From positions 30,814,001 to 30,878,000 of the forward strand of contig NC_042999.1 of the NCBI RefSeq assembly GCF_006345805.1: DNA of 64,000 nucleotides, given 5' to 3'. Both the position numbers and the translations under genes were made by a program. The notes beneath the pieces are model-generated. The model saw only the letters and a list, made by a program, of their open reading frames with translations. It ran no database searches and was not told the origin of the DNA. Below, piece by piece: positions 39,209 to 52,357 of the stretch; the stretch's first letter is position 1, and each line of letters begins with the position of its first letter. Source of the stretch: Octopus sinensis (Eukaryota).

Positions 39209-40141
39209 TATATTATTGAATACAATAATTTAGGTATGAAATGCAAAATATGTATATATGTATACATGCAAAACGAAAGAAAGCAAAAGTTGGAGAGTTT
39301 CAGATGATGAATTTTTAAATATGAATATATAGATACATATATTAATAGATCCCACATACATGAAGTACAAAGGAGAGAGAAAATGAAAATGGCTGAAGAA
39401 AGATTAAGTCCAACAGTTGTTTCTGTTGAATTTTGAAATCCATAATAATGTTGTTAGATGTAGTTAATCAAAGTGCTGCTGTATGGATCCAATTACCATT
39501 GGATAAGACGAGCCTTCGTCTTAATGCAATGCTATAAATCGTAATTCATTCCCAGAAAAATCATTTATTAATAAAATTTATAATTCTCGTAATGAATGGC
39601 AATAAAACAATAGTAGAATGTAAAGAATATTTTCTATAAAGTATAAAGAATGCCATGATCATCTATAATAAAAAAAGTATTATTATCATAATCGTCTTCT
39701 GAATCACATTTACTAGCACTAGACTCGCGCACACCATCATTTGTAGACGCAATCGCCAGTTCGCAAGATCTCGCAGACGGACTCGCAGATTTGTCTTCAG
39801 AGAAGAAGCTTTTTTTTTTTACGCTCTGAAAATTTCTCGGTAACACACACAAGCGTTTGCTGTGGTAGTAGAAACTTTCGTACTTAGTTCAAAATTTAGA
39901 TCTTGTGTTTTAAACTTTTTATATTTATTATAAAATAAAACTGGTAAAGTGAGTTCTCGTAAAGTGAGGCATTACTGTATATACATCTTGTATTTCATAC
40001 CCTAACTTTGTTAATATATTTAATATATTTCATGTCTAATTTGTTTATCCGCAGAATTCTCTCTACCTCTACATGTGTGCGGTAGTGTGTGTATATATAC
40101 CCACATATACATACACATACATATATATATATATATAATAT

Positions 40142-40180
<39 letters not shown>

Positions 40181-40185
<5 letters not shown>

Positions 40186-40303
40186 CGCGTTCACTGTGAC
40201 TGACCAGGCTATCAGATGTTGCTACACATCGCTTGTCACAATGCGGTTCGCATTATTTTAGCCTTCATATGATGCCGCCCCGCGGGCAAAGCGAATAGGC
40301 TAA
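40181..40303 (-). mobile_element. SINE family C 123-bp 3' module (duplicate 1)
   Basis: Matches 5357-5479 in reverse and is flanked by (TA)n. Confidence 0.85.
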
Positions 40304-40309
40304 TATATA

Positions 40310-40357
<48 letters not shown>

Positions 40358-40362
<5 letters not shown>

Positions 40363-40476
40363 CGCGTTCACTGTGACTGACCAGGCTATCAGATGTTGCT
40401 ACACATCGCTTGTCACAATGCGGTTCGCATTATTTTAGCCTTCATATGATGCCGCCCCGCGGGCAAAGCGAATAGG

Positions 40477-40480
<4 letters not shown>
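40358..40480 (-). mobile_element. SINE family C 123-bp 3' module (duplicate 2)
   Basis: Appears identical to 40181-40303, including private substitutions. Confidence 0.85.
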
Positions 40481-40530
<50 letters not shown>

Positions 40531-40699
40531 TGTGTGTGTGTGTGTCTGTGTCTGTGTGTGTACATACATATTCAGTAGTAACAGTGCTAGCCAGTGTTTA
40601 GGCATAAACTAACTTTGTGTCAGTCAAAGTGTTTGTGACATTTTTCGACTTTTAAAGGCAAAACCTCCACAATTACCGTGAACACAAAATTCTCTCCTG

Positions 40700-42000
40700 T
40701 GGTAAAATGTGTAAAACACGATCTTTGTCCAGTGCAGGTCCCTTTCGGTTTCGTAGATGTATTTCTAGCTCTTTAGCCAATATCAATGGAAAATTCCGAA
40801 GAGAGATAAATCTGGACAAGCTTAAAGATGTAGCTTTAATTAAAACCGTTTGGTCTAAAGAAATGCAGCAGCAACAGCGACAAACAGTGTTTAGGCATAA
40901 AGGAGTTTTGGCTTAGTTAAAATATGTTTACGATATATTTCCACTTCTAAGGGCAAATAACTGACGAATTTCTTCGTACATCGTGATAGCGTCGAACAAA
41001 TGAATTCACATACGATTGTTCTCGGCCAGGTCGAGGGAGAAAGACAGGAGAGAAGATACACGACAAAATTTTAAAATCCAATGTGTTGGCAAATATATGC
41101 AGATTTACTAACAATAAATTATCTCTTGAGCAGACAAAATATTTCATGAAAGCATACACACTGAATGTAAAACAATAGAGTTGTGGCCTACTGGTTTCGA
41201 CCATTATAAAACACATTCTACTCATACATTGCCAAGAGAAAACAGTACAAAGGATACAGAGAATAGGAAAATAGTTTCAGGAGAGAAGACACATCGTTTT
41301 TCAACGATGAAGAAAGGGAGTGTTTTCATGTGAATCATGTGAAAAAAAGTCAAACACATATAAAGACCATACAATATTAATAACCAGGAAAAGGTCCTTA
41401 AAAGGAAAAGGAAACATTAAGACAACCAATTCTAACAAAAGCAAAACTGATAAGACGCTTTGAAGTGGAAGAGCTTCTTCCAACATTTGACGTCATTTGA
41501 ATAGCTACAACATTTTAGCAAGTCATCAATACAAAATCATTGCAAAGAATCATAGTTGAATATAAGACAACAACAATAGACAGGCAATCATTGTAGGTTT
41601 AGTGGGTGGGAATTTGGGAGGCAGAATATAAAATACGATATAAATGCAAACAATGGATAAAATAAGAGAGAGAAGAGAGGAACAGAAAGCCTGGTTACAT
41701 AAAAGAAATTATCAACACTGCTGTAAACTGAACAGTTAAAAATGCGTTAAAGATAAAGGAAAAAGAGAAACTCGAATAAGATTCTACGAAAAAAATATTG
41801 AGTAAAACCAACAAATATCTTAACAGTTAGTATTCTACAAGACTGGACAAAGAAAGTTTGTAGAACAATAACACAAAAGTTTCTGTATTGAGAGCCCAAA
41901 CGGAAAAGCTGATTTGTTCGACAAATTGAAACGCCTATTCGTACAAATATTATTATAATGAAAGATAAAACAAAAGTTAATTCCAACTTAAGACTGTATC
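40700..42000 (+). pseudogene. Possible very old LINE endonuclease/linker remnant
   Basis: A-rich purine bias, plus NLDKLKDVALIKTVW (DI..IQET-like) and RPGRGR fragments only. Confidence 0.25.
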
Positions 42001-42494
42001 AATCAGGATAAAAACTAAATCAATTGCCTAATTCTTGATTGGCCATTCGTCAAAATATGTTATAACAATTTAAAAATTGTAGTTGTGTAGATATTTAGAA
42101 ATTTGATGTGTATAAAATTTAATATTGATTAAAAATTTTGTCACAAAGCCAGCAGTTTGGGGGAGGTCCTAAGTCGAGTGCATCGACCCCAGTGCTCAAC
42201 CGGTTCTTATTGACCCAATATAAGACTGACGTTTAATTATATCGATCCTGGAATGTTAAACGTCAAACACGAGCTCAACAAATTTTGTAATTGGAACTTA
42301 AAGACATATAACTCGATCTACCAAATAAAGTAAATCCGTTTCTTTCAACTAAAATATTGGCCTGGAAGGATGTGGAAAGGCTGTGAAAGAATGACAACCT
42401 CAATGGAGACATGAAAATAAATCGATGTATTAGAATTAAAGCATTTGTTATGTTCAACAACTCGTGGTAAATATATCATTTAGGTAATAATATT

Positions 42495-42630
42495 CCAGTC
42501 GAGGTCACGTTTGCCTTTCCGCCTTTCGGGTTCGATAAAATAAGCACCAGTTGAGTACTGGGGTCGATATGATTGACTCACCCTCTCCCCCGAACTTGCT
42601 GGCCTTATGTAAAAATTTGAAACCAACATT
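42495..42630 (+). mobile_element. SINE family B core fragment
   Basis: GAGGTCACGTTTGCCTTTCCGCCTTTCGGGTTCGATAAAATAAGCACCAG. Confidence 0.7.
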
Positions 42631-43759
42631 TTAATGATAGCTCCATTTAAACCCGATTATGAATGAATTAATTTGCCTGGTTGTTACTTCGTTTCAGTAA
42701 CTTTTCTCCTGAATGTGGCAGCACATCAAAATTTGTGTTATTTTTCTGGACTTTCAGTTCCTCTGGAATTGGTTAAAATCGGTCTCTGATTGCTTCTGTA
42801 CGTTATAGTTCTTAAATCTTATTGCGAACGATGAACGTGCGAAGGTGAACTATGTCACAAAAAAGAAATTTTGGCATTCACGGAAGTAGTCGTGGCTATG
42901 GGTTTCAATTCTCTGGAAGCAGAAATAATCTTCCTGAAAGTGATGACGCAGGGTTAATTAGTCAGATCAGTTCGGAGCTTCTTCGATACAGCACGCAGAG
43001 AATTTAAAATACATAGCTTACAAATTGGTTTGAGAACCACCCTACTACCAGCTAACTACGAATTAGATGAGGTGATGTTCTAAGTTTAAAACTTTTGAAA
43101 ACTAGACTACCTTCAATATCCTAAGCGGAGACAGTGAGTACCTACATCATTTCGGTGATGTTTTGTATCGTCTGTGTAGTTTGAAATTACGTTTCATCGT
43201 TAATTTATTATTATCTATTTTTTTGTAGAATAGATAGTTGTTCGTTGATTTATTCATGAGGCTGTCTGGCTAAACACCGCCACAACACAATATATCTAAT
43301 GATAAAGTGCAAGAGAATGGAAGATAATTCGGTATTTAGAAGTAATTGAAATTATTATGATAAAGGCAATTACACAGATTCTTACTTTCATTGAATTGTG
43401 AAAATCATTAAGTCCATGTAAAAACAGAAATTATGTACAAAACAAAGTCAACATATAACTGTTTTATCGCTATGGAATGTTTAAATTCAGTTTTTCGTAA
43501 ATTTTAAAGCACTTTTTGTTAAATATGTCCTTGAAATCTTATGAAGGAACATTTTACTACTGTGTTTACGACTTGCGTGAGAATACGTGTTTTGTTGAGC
43601 GTACTAAAAATAAGCAGCGAGTTCTTAGCTAATGTATACTGATAGTGATATATGTATATATATATTGATTGTGTAAGTTAGAATTAAATACAGTGAAATT
43701 TGAATGGATAACAAACATAGACGTGTCCGATAGATTCATATGTTATGATGCTATAATTA

Positions 43760-44400
43760 TGATTTTGGATAGGATATTCTAGTTAAACAGTTTAATTTAT
43801 ACAAGTGCATACAGCAGAACAATATGTTCTGTCTTGTATTAAGATTGTTATCCGTTCTTTTCGTTTTAGGCAATATGTTCGTTGTTTTCGCTATGCATAA
43901 TGGGCATTTCTTTGAACCTATTATGTATGGTATTGCTCTTTCGAGAGACTTCAGGTCACCCATTTTTCCGTAGGGTTAGTCGACGTCAAGATGTTCATTT
44001 TATCCGTAAGCCTTAAGGATTTTTCGGCGTTCCTTAAATGTCCTCAATTCCCTACAGTACCTATTTTATATCGTATGTTTGATCTGACGGAAACATTTCT
44101 GGGTCGAGCAGTCTGCTTAGTAGGTTTGCTTGAGAAGATTGCTTTTGGGTTGAGACCACAGCTGTCGCTTATTTCCATAGAATTACTATTGAAGAGCTTT
44201 CAGTATTTATCAACGTCAGAGAAAGATTTGTCTAGCAATGTCAGGAACATTTATACTAACTTTAATCTTAATATTCCGAAAGAAAAGTAAGTAAACTTGT
44301 TTTAACCTCCTGGGCTTGTCACTGGATTGTAATTGTTTGGAGTGAGAGTGTATGAGATCATTTGTATAAACTTGCTATCTCCCAACTTTCTATTGTATAT
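43760..44400 (-). pseudogene. PLE C-terminal (thumb plus GIY-YIG end) remnant
   Basis: Minus-strand FLTLLDKSF..Y*KLFNSNSMEISDSC and SLERAIPYIIGSKKCPLCIAKTTNI...LNTRQNILFCCMH parallel the C-terminus of the PLE at 60675-62266. Confidence 0.7.
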
Positions 44401-44899
44401 GAACACTTATTAGGGTATTTGCGTAGCAAAGTGTCAATATGTTTTATAGGTAATATATGAGCAAATAATTAAAGCTTCTTCGCATCAACTAATTCGAAAT
44501 AGGAAAATTCATCAAAGTGAACAAATCGCTCCTTCAATGAGAATCAAATGTTTTCAAGTATTTCAAAATACGCTGCTTCATGGTTCATTTACTTTCCCCT
44601 AGTTCTTTTTGTCTGGAAAAGTTCCGAGTCATCTATTCGTTCAATGTCTACTATTGTTTCTTGGACAATGTTTTCATAATATTCACCGTTACAATGATTT
44701 TCAGTGTATTAAGTAACATCATTTATTTTATCCCTATATATACTTCAAGTCGAGCTGTTACACTATAGAATATCAAACAATTTCACAGCTTGCGACAGTA
44801 TGTTATGAACACAATTTATGAAAAACATGAAAGTAAAGTAATTCAATTCTGCAAATACATTACCATTTTCACAGTTTAACTGTATCCCACTTTTGTCTA

Positions 44900-45480
44900 A
44901 AATAATTTGAAATATAATTTATTTCTCTTTTAGTGTGTCTTTTTTTCTTAATTTTTTCTTGTATGTGTGTCTTTTGTGTTCACAGTACTCTTTTATGACC
45001 GACACAATTCTGGATTTATAGAAACATTCTGTGTAACTTAGTAATAATGGGATATTTTATTAACATTTCTGAAGGCACTTTTCTCTTTGTATTCGAATAC
45101 TAAAATTTACGAAAGTTACTATATACGAAAAAATAAACTTACTCGGGGCTTCTGCTCAAATGAAATTGTATTTATGAGCCCAACAGTCCTCAAATCGGCG
45201 TTTATGAATCTTTCCTCCTTCAATTCCGTTTGTACCCCGTTTTTTCGCTTGCTATCATAGTTGCTGCATTTCGTTTTGACATCTCTAAAAGAGTTTCAAC
45301 TTTGAAGTTCTTTTGTTACTACTTACATCATAAAATCACACTCGAAAATTTCATTTTGCATTCTGTTACAAATCTCAAGCTTGCAGGGAGCTTGTCTTGT
45401 ATATCACTGCTCGTAGTTTCGTCTGATTGCTGACATAAACAGAGGACCATCAAATAATAAACTATGAACTGCAGATATAA
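44900..45480 (-). pseudogene. Decayed hAT-superfamily transposase fragment
   Basis: Minus-strand SDETTSSDIQDKLPASLRFV resembles the hAT DETTD.S..EQL...RFV catalytic block. KYP..KLH follows downstream. Confidence 0.4.
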
Positions 45481-47642
45481 TTTTGTTTTGTACTGTATTC
45501 TTATTCGTGTAAAATATATTGACTATTTCAAGTAGACTAAATGCAAAGACAACATCAAGTTCAGCTTTCCCCAAAAATCACTCCCGATAATTATCTTTGT
45601 TCTGACTACTATTTTTCATTAGCATTGGGAATTCTTGTTTACAAACATACGATAATATATTAAATTATTTTAAATATAGCCTAGCTTGTTCCAATAATGT
45701 GTTGTACTATTAATCATAAACTCAGCAGAACTAACTACTTGGCAGTTGGTACAACACATACACACACTCAAAAACAAACACGCACGCACACACAAAAAAA
45801 CATAGGCCCATACACATACAATATTTTCGTGCATTTGTAATTCTTTAAATGTCTTTACGTTCTCTTATAATATATCCATTTCCTCGTCTTATTTATAATT
45901 ATTACCTCTAACAATCCGCCATTGGATTAGATTATGAAGAAAAGACAAGCTTGATTTTTCTCCTATTAACACTTGAACATAATTAATCAATATTTTCTTA
46001 ATGTTTTGATATGGAGTTCCTACATTAGTTTTCATATATGAAGTAGATCCGTTTGATTATTGATTTAAAATTTGGACATATTCTATTTATAGTCGTTTAT
46101 ATAAAAATAAATAATATTAAATCTGTATATCAAGGATCGGTAGACAATCCTTGTTTTTGTTTATATTATTTCATTTTTATTTACAGATATCTCCCTTCTA
46201 TAATACAAGAATATAAGGGCATTTACTTGTTATTTACATTGAGTAATCCTTATTTAAGTAACTTCAAATCTGGTTACTTCTAAAAACACTAGTAATATTT
46301 CGATAGCCATTATTATAGCCTAACTCTATATCTATGGGGTTATATAAGTTGTTACTATTGTAGCTCTAAGTTTCTTTCATTATTTATTACGGAATTCTCC
46401 ATCCCATAAGCTAAATACATAAAGAACATTTTTTGTTAATTACTCAAGACAATTTTCTTTATATCAATAACTTTAAATAAAGAGTAGAGTTGTTATATAT
46501 TACCAATATAATAGTAAATTATCGTTTATATTTATTTACACGTTTTATTACAGTCTCTAGAATAAGACCCTGATACATAATTTATATATCTATATATTAT
46601 TGCTGTATATTATTATAACAGCCAAAGATTGTCTTCGACCTAAACAAGCTTGGGTAATATTATTTGAGATATATAGACTTATTTCGATAGCAGTAGACTC
46701 TATTTACTTAATTGATTTGTCTGTAATAATTTCGTTCTTTTTTAATTGTAATTGTTATGTTGTTGAAAAAGTTAACTCTCACGCTCATAATACTTGAGCA
46801 TTTTAATTATTCTTTAACAATCCAGCCGTCCTTTCACACGGAATTGCGTCAGTGTCTTGAACATAGCTTTGATAAGACATATATGTGAATTGAATTGTTT
46901 ATGAATCAAATAAAGTAAAACGAAAGCTTTGGCTCCTTTGTTTTTTAATGATTTTTTAAATGTTATCTTACATTGATAGTATTTTATGATATATTATAAA
47001 TAAATTATTGGATTCTCAACTGTATCTCTCTAACTAATTTCTTGTTTGTAATTTGCATTATACACATTTATGTGGTATTCAACTAACGTAACAGTGAATT
47101 GGATGCTTTACACACCCATTCGATGGAATTCTGTATATATATATATATAATATATATATATATATATGCATATATATATAAGTATATATATATGCATATA
47201 TATATATATGTATATATATATGTATCTATGTATGTATATATATATATATATACACATACATGCATATATATTTATAAATATACATATATATATATACATA
47301 CATACATATATGCATATATATATATACATATTTACATACACATGTGCAACCATGTTGGGGCAGTGATATTAGATTTGCATCACCTTCACTACTTCTGACC
47401 TCTTCAGCTTTGCGACGTTCAGTGGACAAGCGAATTTAATGGACTGCCCTCATCAGCGTGTCGCCTTGTGAGGTAGGAGCTCCCGGAAATCTTAACAGGC
47501 TGAGATCCACTTTTATTTTGAAGACTCCATAACTTGTAGGTCTCGCAGGATTTTAGGGAGGATATTTAAAAGCTATGGACCCTTCGATCTCAACTGTATG
47601 TTTATATTCATGTGTATACGAGTACGTATGTAAGTATGTACA

Positions 47643-47681
<39 letters not shown>

Positions 47682-47749
47682 TTATACATCCACAGACACC
47701 TGATAAAATGGTATTGTCTTTAAGAATGTTTTATATAATGTGTACTAGT

Positions 47750-47880
<131 letters not shown>

Positions 47881-48004
47881 TTGATGTTCTTTTTTACCCT
47901 GTTGATTATCCTGTTTTGAATAATATATGTCACTGATAAACAATGTTGAATACAGAAAGATATTCGTCAGTTGAATATGTTGTATATGTATATATGTATA
48001 TATG

Positions 48005-48037
<33 letters not shown>

Positions 48038-48116
48038 TTGTATGTATGTATATATGAAAGGCTATACATATATATGTGTATATATATGTATGTGTATATA
48101 TATATATGTAAGTGTA

Positions 48117-48176
<60 letters not shown>

Positions 48177-48941
48177 TGAGAACCTAGGTTTAAGGAGGGA
48201 TTGACAAATAGTTAGAAAATATTAAGAGTTCCTTAAAATCAACAGAAAATGTGAAAAAAAATCGTTATTTGACAAAAGTTTCTAAAATGACTTTATATTT
48301 TTTTATATCTATCATATTTTCTTTTACTTCATTTTTCAGAATCTTAGCGAAAGCTAAAAATGTAAAATGTCTTTAAAAAAGAAACACATTACTGATATGA
48401 ACAGCAATAAATATATGTTAAAGAAAACAACTGAATGTTAACAGCTGCAAGAAAAACGTTGTGAATCCGATGTTAAATAAATTTTGTTAAATATATTCGT
48501 AGTAGATTTTCCTTCTCGTGTTTTGCAAATACACTGTTATATATTTTATTTTTATTTCTTTAAATTTCGTTTTTTCTTGATTTATCTTTGGTGTTTATGT
48601 TAGTGTTTGCTTCTGTTTATTTTATGATCTGCGTATAAATTATATAGTTTCTGCGGATTTTTATGGACATTCATATCTTGAATATATTGCGTAGAAAGCG
48701 GAGAGCAGGTGTTCATTAAAAACAGATATATGCTGGCAAACCTAGATACACACACATATGCTTGTATACGAACATCCGGAAGGACATTCAGAGAAGCTGA
48801 CTAAAAGAATGCGTCTGAGAAACGCACAAAAGTATTTTAATTTTATTTATCCATATATATAAACATACAGAAAAACTGACAGATAGATAGATATACGCAT
48901 TCACATATCGACATACATACACACACACATATATATATATA

Positions 48942-48975
<34 letters not shown>

Positions 48976-49088
48976 TATAATTTGGAACAATTATCAATTA
49001 CACCGTTCCAAATTAATTAATTTCACCCTTCATTGTTACTCATAAACCATATACATATATATATATATATATAATATATATATATATA

Positions 49089-49127
<39 letters not shown>

Positions 49128-49128
49128 A

Positions 49129-49936
49129 GGATGCGAGGGGTAAATTGTCGCCATTTTATGGTTTTCATTTCAAACATGCGCGTCGTTTACTTTTGATTTT
49201 GTCGAACTACACATTATTGTAGGATCAGTTAATTACCGTCTTTGGGAAAAACACCACCATGTTTGCAATTTACTCTGGCAAAAATTTGGAAACAAAATGC
49301 TGTACTAATTGGCATTCGCGCCGGAAGCTCCAATACGAACATTTCAGAATATTTAGGTGTCAATCTGAGGACAGTGAAATATGAGGATATGTGCCACGAG
49401 CGATAAGAATCAAACATCATATTTGGAGGGATAACTAGTAGTGGCGACGTTATGTCTCCATTCATCTTCCCATGCAGCCTCATACTCAACACGGGGTCCT
49501 ACATCAAGTGCCTAAAAGAGGGTGGCTGGTGGAAGACCCTAGGACCGGCAATAAGATTCTGCACTATACCATACAAGCGGGCGAACTGAGCCATGGCAGT
49601 CAGATACTTTCTGCCAACTAACCTCACAGACTACAACCACCTTGATTATTATATGTAGGGCACAGTTGAGCGAGCGACCAGTAAGACACTTTGTAACACC
49701 AAAGATGAACTGAAGGCAAGGATTATGGCAGCATTCATCATCTTAAACAAGAAGACCGCCCAGAAAGAGTTGTAGGAGATTCCGATGTCGGCTGGAGGCC
49801 GTGGTTGTATTGACGATTGTATTGAATAAATTTACTTTTTAGTAATTCTTTTGTATTTTTTGGTAAATATGTCTTTTAAAATGAGCTATGTCTTATTTTT
49901 GCGTAATTTAGACGGTAGTTTATTTACCACATCCTA
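49129..49936 (+). mobile_element. Tc1/mariner-superfamily internally deleted element (maT/DD37D-like)
   Basis: Imperfect TIRs GATGCG..GTAAATTGTCGCC / GACGGTAGTTTTATTTACCACATCC. Remnant frames GDVMSPFIFP..LNTGSYIKCL, DYNHLDYYM*G.VER.T.KT.CNTKDELKARI and RLEAVV. Confidence 0.7.
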
Positions 49937-50450
49937 TATATATATATGTGTGCGTGTGCACGCGCGTGTGTGTGTGCTCATGTATGTATATATATATATA
50001 TACTGTTACCCCAACCGTCACTACGAAGTTCGTGCAGTTAATCTACGGATAATAACGGGTAATAGAACCTGCCAGTGCTTCACTTACCATCCATTTATAC
50101 AGTTTGTACAGCTTCTCTATTACACACACACACATACACACACACACACACACTCACACATGCATACGCACACTCACACACACATGTATATATATATATA
50201 CACAACTATTTATGCACAAATACAAGTATATTACATTATATTATATTATTATATATATGTATAAGTATTTTTGTATGTATATATAATAAAATTTAGCTGG
50301 GCGTGGATTAATAATGTAAGCTCTCTCTCTTTATATTCTCGTTTCTCCTTTTGTTCACGTGTATTTCACGTCCTGTTCTCATATATGCATGTATATATAC
50401 ATATATATGTAGGCATGTACATGTATGTGTTTATATATGCGCATATATAT

Positions 50451-50502
<52 letters not shown>

Positions 50503-50560
50503 TATTATTTATATTATATTTTATGTGTGTGTGTGTATGTGTGTAATATAACAAATTTAG

Positions 50561-50613
50561 AGAAATACTGTTGGTTTCATATCTAGCGAGAATTAGACAT
50601 ATCATCAGTTTCC
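50561..50613 (-). ncRNA. Type I hammerhead ribozyme motif
   Basis: Minus strand: GGAAA-CTGATGA-T-ATGTCTA(ATTCTCGC)TAGATAT-GAAAC-CAACA-GTA-TTTCT. Intact cores, 7-bp stem II, stem I GAAA/TTTC, GUA cleavage triplet. Stem III is only 2 bp. Confidence 0.65.
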
Positions 50614-50649
50614 CTAAAGAATATCTGTTCTCTGCAAAAGATGTTTTCT

Positions 50650-50869
50650 AAAAACATATGTATAGTTGAAGGAAAATTCGTGTCAAAATTTATTAGAAAC
50701 GTGTGGACCCTATCGCAATAGAACAAAGCTATGTCAATTGTGTATGTTAGAAAGATATATCATTGTAATAAGCTCACATGGGCAAAAAATCCACCTGAAT
50801 TCCAGGACTGAAGCCGTGGTGAGTTATCCATATATTCGGAAATGTTTACTTCAAAACTGGAAAACCTAG
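50650..50869 (+). pseudogene. PLE GIY-YIG C-terminal fragment
   Basis: CGPYRNRTKLCQLCMLERYII...LNSRTEAVVSYPYIRKCLLQNW matches the PY..C.LC..EK..I..LN.R.E..C.H terminus of C-terminal-EN PLEs. Confidence 0.7.
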
Positions 50870-51418
50870 CTATCAAGCGAAGAGAGATAACTCGCCCGGC
50901 CATAATTTTTAACAGGAATTTTCCTTCAAATGACAGCGGCGTTCATGTGCTTTTTAAAAATATCTTTTGCAGAGAATAGTTATTGCTTAGAGAATACAAA
51001 ACCAATGGTATTTCTCTAAAAATGGATATATTGTAATGAAATTTTCTTCAAGTACACTTCAATCGGTGTAGATACTGATTAAATCGGAACTTGTATCAAA
51101 ATTTAGAAAAGAAATCGTGGATATGTGCATATAGACATACATCGCATATCAACAAAACGAAACTTGAAATTTCGTAAAGTAATTGTGAATTTAGTTAGAA
51201 GGTATATGTGTGTGCTCACCATTTTCTTTCCACATCAACTTGCAATATAATTGTAATTTATACGTTCCGAAAGGTATTTACACAAAATGCCTTTTACAAA
51301 TACTACATTTCAAAAAAAAATTCTCGGGTAACGAAACTGACACTTGTGAAATTTCTGAAGCTCTTCTCTCCATCAGCATATGTTTTTCTTTTCACAACAA
51401 ATTCCAATTTCCCCAAGA

Positions 51419-51460
51419 CACCCGATGAAGTCTGGAGGGTATATCACCCGAAACGTTGTG
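51419..51460 (+). ncRNA. Degenerate hammerhead motif in PLE pLTR-like repeat
   Basis: CAC-CCGATGA-AG...GGGT(ATATC)ACCC-GAAAC-GTT-GTG. Stem I (CAC/GTG) and palindromic stem III (ACGT) are present. The core has U4C and stem II is disrupted. Confidence 0.5.
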
Positions 51461-51628
51461 ATAACAATGAAGAAGATGAAGACAAATATTCGTCAAATGT
51501 AAATAATGTACACAATGCACATAATTCCTCATCTTTTAAATATAGAATATTTACCTATGTGTGTGTGTGTATATATATATATATACGTGTATATAGATAA
51601 ATATGCATATATATACATATATATATAG

Positions 51629-51735
<107 letters not shown>

Positions 51736-51883
51736 TGTATATATATGTATATATGTGCATATATATGCATAAATATAAATTCATATATGTAGATGCATAT
51801 ATATATATATACCCATATATATGCATATATATATGGGGGTGTATGTATATATGTATGTAGGTATAAATATTTATACATGTATT

Positions 51884-52357
51884 AAAATTAATCAAAGGAT
51901 ATACTAAATATGTCTACCCGCTGGAAATAACAGTCAAAACTCTTATTTAAATCGCCAAAATACACTGATAATAACTACCAGAAATCGACCGTCCGAAGGT
52001 AAACAGGATAAGAAAATCTCTCAGCATACATTCAAATATTTGGACTTTCTGGTCTAGCAAAGTAAGCTAACCCTCTTCAGCACGCTTTACCCTGATAGAG
52101 AGCCCCAACCCGTCGTGTTGAAGTCTGCGCTGCAACTGATTCGTTTTGCGCCGAAATCATGGCAACCACCAGTGTGAAATGAATTTCAATACTGTGCAAA
52201 TAAATCACGTAAAATAGTTTACGAAGATATTATTGACTCTTTTATTATCTAGTGTAACAATTCAAAAATGATAATAACAGAATCAACAATATAGTCGATT
52301 GCAAGCCCCCCAAAAGCATTAAATAGCTGAAGGACTAAAATTAATCAAAAGACATGT
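51884..52357 (+). repeat. ~470-bp repeat unit, plus-strand copy
   Basis: AAAATTAATCAAA.GA at 51884 recurs at ~52339. The unit matches the reverse complement of 52490-52970. Confidence 0.85.

Noticed and set aside
45143-45425. Apparent exon bounded by AG and GTAAGT on the minus strand
   Set aside because: There are stops in all frames, and the peptide is better explained as a decayed hAT transposase.
47410-47460. Minus-strand CTGATGA-GGGCAG...CTGAAC-GTC motif
   Set aside because: The GAAA core is incomplete (GAAC), spacing is wrong and there is no stem I, so it cannot be supported.
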